Assembly (NCBI GenBank): GCA_000165345.1
Contig: CM000435.1
Span: forward strand, 320,001-384,000
Direction of reading: 5' to 3'
Length of the DNA stretch: 64,000 nucleotides
Below, in pieces: positions 60,465 through 64,000 of this stretch. The first letter of the stretch is position 1, and each line of letters opens with the position of its first letter. A model generated the notes under the pieces. It did no database searches, was not told where the DNA came from, and saw only the letters and a list, made by a program, of their open reading frames with translations. The translations under genes were made by a program, and so were the position numbers.

Positions 60465-63400
60465 ATGAGTAAATTTTATATATTAGGAAATGGAAAATAT
60501 ACTTTGGGAGTTTGTGCGATGGAAAACAAAGTAGAAAGTCCCCCAATGAAGAGTATTTTAAATAGAATAACAGAGACAGGAGAATTTACAATAATAGTAT
60601 TTATGCAGGACATGATATTGAATGAAGATATATTAAATTGGCCTAAAGTAGACTGTTTGATTTCATTTTATTCCACTGGATTTCCATTAAATAAAGCAAT
60701 TTCATATGCAAAATTAAAAAAACCAATAATATTAAATGATTTAGAAAAGCAAATTCTTATGAGAAGTAGATTGGAAATATATAATGTTTTGGACAAGTGG
60801 AAAATACCAAGACCGGAGTGCATAATAATAAATCATAGTGAACTATCTGAAGAGAATCATGATATATTTTATGAGGAGTACGACTTCATTACATATAAAG
60901 GGCACAAAATACAGAAACCCTTCATTGAAAAGCCAATATTTTCTGATAACCACGATAATTGGATATACTACCCAGAGAATAGTGGAGGGGGATGTAAGAA
61001 ATTGTTTAGAAAAATTGGGGATAGAAGTAGTGAATATGACCCAAGTTTATGGAAGATCAGAAAGGATGGGACATACATTTATGAAAAGTTCTTACCTACA
61101 TTTGGAACCGATATTAAAGTATATACAGTCGGTCCAATGTTTGCTCATGCCGAAGCAAGAAAGTCTCCTTGTTTGGATGGAAAAGTACAGAGAACTGAAA
61201 AAGGAAAGGAAGTCCGATACTCTGTTATGTTAAGTTACGAGGAAAAGTTAATAGCTCACCAGATTGTTAAAGCATTTAATCAAACAATCTGTGGTTTCGA
61301 TATCCTAAGAACTGTCACTGGAAAATCAGTTGTATGTGATGTAAATGGATTTAGTTTTGTTAAAGGAAATGAAAAATATTATAATGATTGTGCTCAAATT
61401 ATTACATCATTATTTATTAAAAAGCTCTTTAAAAAGAATAAAATCATACCAATGATCAAATTTGAAAAGAAAAAAAATATGATTTCACTAACAAAAAAAT
61501 TCAACGAGAAAAACTCTGAAATTCAAGATGATTCCAAATTTAACAGTAATGTGAAACAGGAACAACAAAAAGATGAGCTTAGCACAGTTATTGTGATAAT
61601 GAGACACGGGGTCAGAAAGCCCAAGCTAAAGTTGAAGTTTGAAACTCAAGACCACAGAATTATTTCGTTGATTTCAGATGGGAAAGAAGAAACAAGGCTC
61701 AAATCTCCAGAAGAGCTTTCTCTTTTATTGGTAAAAAATACACTTATCTTGGAAAATTTATTCATGTATCTTGAAGATCATTCAAAAATTTTGTCAGATA
61801 ATGAAATCCATACAATATGTAAAGTTTTAAATAATCATCTAAAATTACAGGCATTTCTGGGTGATGGAAAAGGATTTTCTGGGGTAAATAGGAAGGTACA
61901 ATTAAAACAAATTGTACATGCAGAAAACAGTTTAAACAATAAAAAAACAGTATTGTTGGTAGCAAAGTGGGGAGGAGAACTCACTAGAATAGGATGCGAA
62001 CAGGCTGAGGAACTTGGGAAACATTTGAGAGCTACATTATATCCAGGTGACTCGGAGGGATTGCTAAGACTTCATTCTACCTTTAGACACGATTTAAAGA
62101 TTTACTCAAGTGACGAAGGCCGATGTCAGGTAACAAGTGCAGCTTTTACAAAAGGGTTTTTAGATTTGGAGGGAGATTTGGCTCCAATTTTAGTTCAGTT
62201 GGTCATTCGAGATTCTTTTGCTCGAAATTTATTAGATGATCCGCATCTAACTATAGAAAGGAAGAAATGCAAGGAAATTATTGAAGAATTGTTAAATATT
62301 GATAAGGTTGTAGGATATGAAGAAATTTTAGAGGTTTGGAAGAACTACAAATCTGATTTGAAAGAAGACTTTCCATCAGAACAAGTTATAAGAACTTTAA
62401 TGTCTTGTGGAAATCCCTATTCTACTTTGAAAAAATTACATATGCTCATGAAAGAATTGGTGATGAAAATTCATATAGATCAAGATGAAGAAAATAATAT
62501 TGTAATTTATCAAGGCTTTAGACAAAGTTTGGATTCGTTATTTAAAGTTCATAGTTCTGAGAAAAATGATGGTTTTCCTGTATCTCAAGAGATGATGCAA
62601 CGTTGGAACCAATTAACTACATCATTTTTTAATGAAGAAACTCAAAAATTTCTGACTGCAAAGATTCCAGATATAGTGGATAATGCAATGTATGATATAT
62701 ATTACAATGTTAACTTTATTAAGAATGAGGTTTCTTTACTACTTTATGAAATCTACGAGACAGTGGTTCCAGTTGGCGAATTTGTAAGTTTGTTTCAATA
62801 TGGATTATCAGGAGACCAAAAAGTAAGTATAGGGAAAGCTATTACAGAGAATTTGATAGAAAAGCTACTACAGGATGTCAAATATTCGTATTTAAAAAAA
62901 TTACAATGCGAAAATAATGAGAGGAAAGAAAACGAAAATCAAGACAAAACTGCAGGATTTAATTTTAAGAATGGTAAAAAAATATTTAATAAGGCAGTTG
63001 CAAGCAAGAAAAATGGTTCTTTCAATTTCCATAAAGTTCATCCAGAAGAACATATTCGACTTAAAGAAGAGGAGGCAAAAGCTTTTGGAATTAAGTCACC
63101 TTGGAGGATAGTTAGAAGTAGATTTTACGTAACTTCAGCATCACATATTCAATCATTAGCAAATATATTTTCCTCAATGTATAAGAAACAAATATCTCTC
63201 AATGACAAAACCAGTTTATTGGATTTGGAAAATACTTTTTCAGAACTCAATTACTTGAGCCATTTAGTAATTCGGGTATGGGAAAGCAAATCAGTTTCAG
63301 AATCTAATCAAGATAGATTTAAGTTGGAGATGTTTGTAAGTAAGGGTGTAAAAAACAAAATAGGTCATATTTTTACTACTGGAATTGAAGCAGATAATCA

Positions 63401-63509
63401 AATCACAAGTCAAAGAATAAGTGAGTTGTTTCCCTTAAAGAAAGTTACATTAAAGAACTTTAATATCACTGAGTTTGAAAACAAAATCAGAGAATTAATA
63501 AAAGATTAA
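60465..63509 (+). CDS. Diphosphoinositol-pentakisphosphate kinase (PPIP5K/Vip1): N-terminal ATP-grasp kinase + C-terminal histidine-acid-phosphatase-like domain
   Basis: The track start 60444 is TTG; the first ATG is at 60465 (MSKFYILGNGKYTLGVCAMENK; human PPIP5K has QIVVGICSMAKK). Conserved N-terminal stretches are MKSILNRITETGEFTIIVF, NWPKVDCLISFYSTGFPLNKAISYAKLKKPIILNDL, KVYTVGPMFAHAEARKSPCLDGKVQR and CGFDILR. The phosphatase-like half has VIVIMRHGVRKPK (RHG) and SSDEGRCQVTSAAFTKG. Confidence 0.85.
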   Translation: MSKFYILGNGKYTLGVCAMENKVESPPMKSILNRITETGEFTIIVFMQDMILNEDILNWPKVDCLISFYSTGFPLNKAISYAKLKKPIILNDLEKQILMRSRLEIYNVLDKWKIPRPECIIINHSELSEENHDIFYEEYDFITYKGHKIQKPFIEKPIFSDNHDNWIYYPENSGGGCKKLFRKIGDRSSEYDPSLWKIRKDGTYIYEKFLPTFGTDIKVYTVGPMFAHAEARKSPCLDGKVQRTEKGKEVRYSVMLSYEEKLIAHQIVKAFNQTICGFDILRTVTGKSVVCDVNGFSFVKGNEKYYNDCAQIITSLFIKKLFKKNKIIPMIKFEKKKNMISLTKKFNEKNSEIQDDSKFNSNVKQEQQKDELSTVIVIMRHGVRKPKLKLKFETQDHRIISLISDGKEETRLKSPEELSLLLVKNTLILENLFMYLEDHSKILSDNEIHTICKVLNNHLKLQAFLGDGKGFSGVNRKVQLKQIVHAENSLNNKKTVLLVAKWGGELTRIGCEQAEELGKHLRATLYPGDSEGLLRLHSTFRHDLKIYSSDEGRCQVTSAAFTKGFLDLEGDLAPILVQLVIRDSFARNLLDDPHLTIERKKCKEIIEELLNIDKVVGYEEILEVWKNYKSDLKEDFPSEQVIRTLMSCGNPYSTLKKLHMLMKELVMKIHIDQDEENNIVIYQGFRQSLDSLFKVHSSEKNDGFPVSQEMMQRWNQLTTSFFNEETQKFLTAKIPDIVDNAMYDIYYNVNFIKNEVSLLLYEIYETVVPVGEFVSLFQYGLSGDQKVSIGKAITENLIEKLLQDVKYSYLKKLQCENNERKENENQDKTAGFNFKNGKKIFNKAVASKKNGSFNFHKVHPEEHIRLKEEEAKAFGIKSPWRIVRSRFYVTSASHIQSLANIFSSMYKKQISLNDKTSLLDLENTFSELNYLSHLVIRVWESKSVSESNQDRFKLEMFVSKGVKNKIGHIFTTGIEADNQITSQRISELFPLKKVTLKNFNITEFENKIRELIKD

Positions 63510-63578
63510 TATTGAATTCTTATTATTAACTTGGGATTATTATTGACAAAATATAGGTGAAAGTTAATAATCATTAAA

Positions 63579-64000
63579 TTAAGTCCTACAAATTAAATTA
63601 CACCAATATGGACATCTTGGAGTATTATTATCCACAATTGCATTTGCTCCAATATAACCATTCATTTTTTGATAATTTGGTTGTTGGTATTGAGGAAATT
63701 GATTGTGATTATTCATGTATTGGTAATTACTTCTATTATAATTATTACCAGAAAAGTTTCCAAAATGTGGATCATAATGCATATTTAAGTATGGTCCAGG
63801 GAAACATGGAACAAATCCTCCACATGCTCCATTCATTCTGGCTATTGGACCACCAACTTCAAGGGAAGGATAAATTTCATTTCCTGAATCAAAATTATTA
63901 GGTCCATTTTGGTTGAGATGATACTTGTGATTGGTTGCGTTAACTTTGCCGTTATTATCATCATTATTGAAGGAATTTTGGTTAGCTTTTCCATTTGGAG
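63579..64000 (-). CDS. N/Q/Y-rich low-complexity protein, 5' end outside window (partial)
   Basis: The minus-strand frame is open from the window edge through ...IYPSLEVGGPIARMNGACGGFVPCFPGPYLNMHYDPHFGNFSGNNYNRSNYQYMNNHNQFPQYQQPNYQ... to a stop at 63579. The listed + ORF 63608..63901 is antisense to it. Confidence 0.4.
   Translation of the reverse strand, partial: PNGKANQNSFNNDDNNGKVNATNHKYHLNQNGPNNFDSGNEIYPSLEVGGPIARMNGACGGFVPCFPGPYLNMHYDPHFGNFSGNNYNRSNYQYMNNHNQFPQYQQPNYQKMNGYIGANAIVDNNTPRCPYWCNLICRT

Overview
This is compact, AT-rich (~30% GC), almost intron-free eukaryotic nuclear DNA, not prokaryotic. Long single-exon ORFs on both strands show N/K/I/S-rich codon usage. Short intergenic spacers carry repeated TGCATGCA/(GCATGC)n clusters and E2F-type TTTCCCGCC / TTTGGCGCCAAA motifs. 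Together these are characteristic of a Cryptosporidium chromosome; it may be the C. parvum/C. hominis chr7 segment that holds ppGalNAc-T, TrpRS and PPIP5K, which I infer from recall rather than from a search. I call about 25 protein-coding genes. A >4100-codon ORF on the minus strand (1..12313) runs off the left edge and is missing from the supplied ORF track. Housekeeping genes recognised with high confidence are 40S ribosomal protein eS27, cytoplasmic tryptophanyl-tRNA synthetase, PPIP5K/Vip1, an ATAD3-type AAA ATPase, a PhoD-like metallophosphatase and a polypeptide GalNAc-transferase. The most interesting part is a ~22 kb run of secretory-pathway genes (13.3-35.4 kb). It contains a small Thr-run mucin with an acidic Ser tail, a CC-cluster repeat protein, a signal-peptide-bearing ChoK/APH-fold protein, a type II ppGalNAc-T (whose start can only be reached by splicing a 5' mini-exon), a signal-peptide-bearing CK2-alpha-like kinase, a STE20-like kinase, a 1084-aa Cys-rich secreted protein and a type II membrane protein. 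A divergent pair of TMD-only SbmA/BacA (ABCD-TMD)-like paralogues is also notable. Caveat: the ORF track renders TTG/GTG as 'M', so several listed starts are not ATG. I moved those to the first in-frame ATG. All identities rest on motif recognition from memory and were not confirmed by a search.
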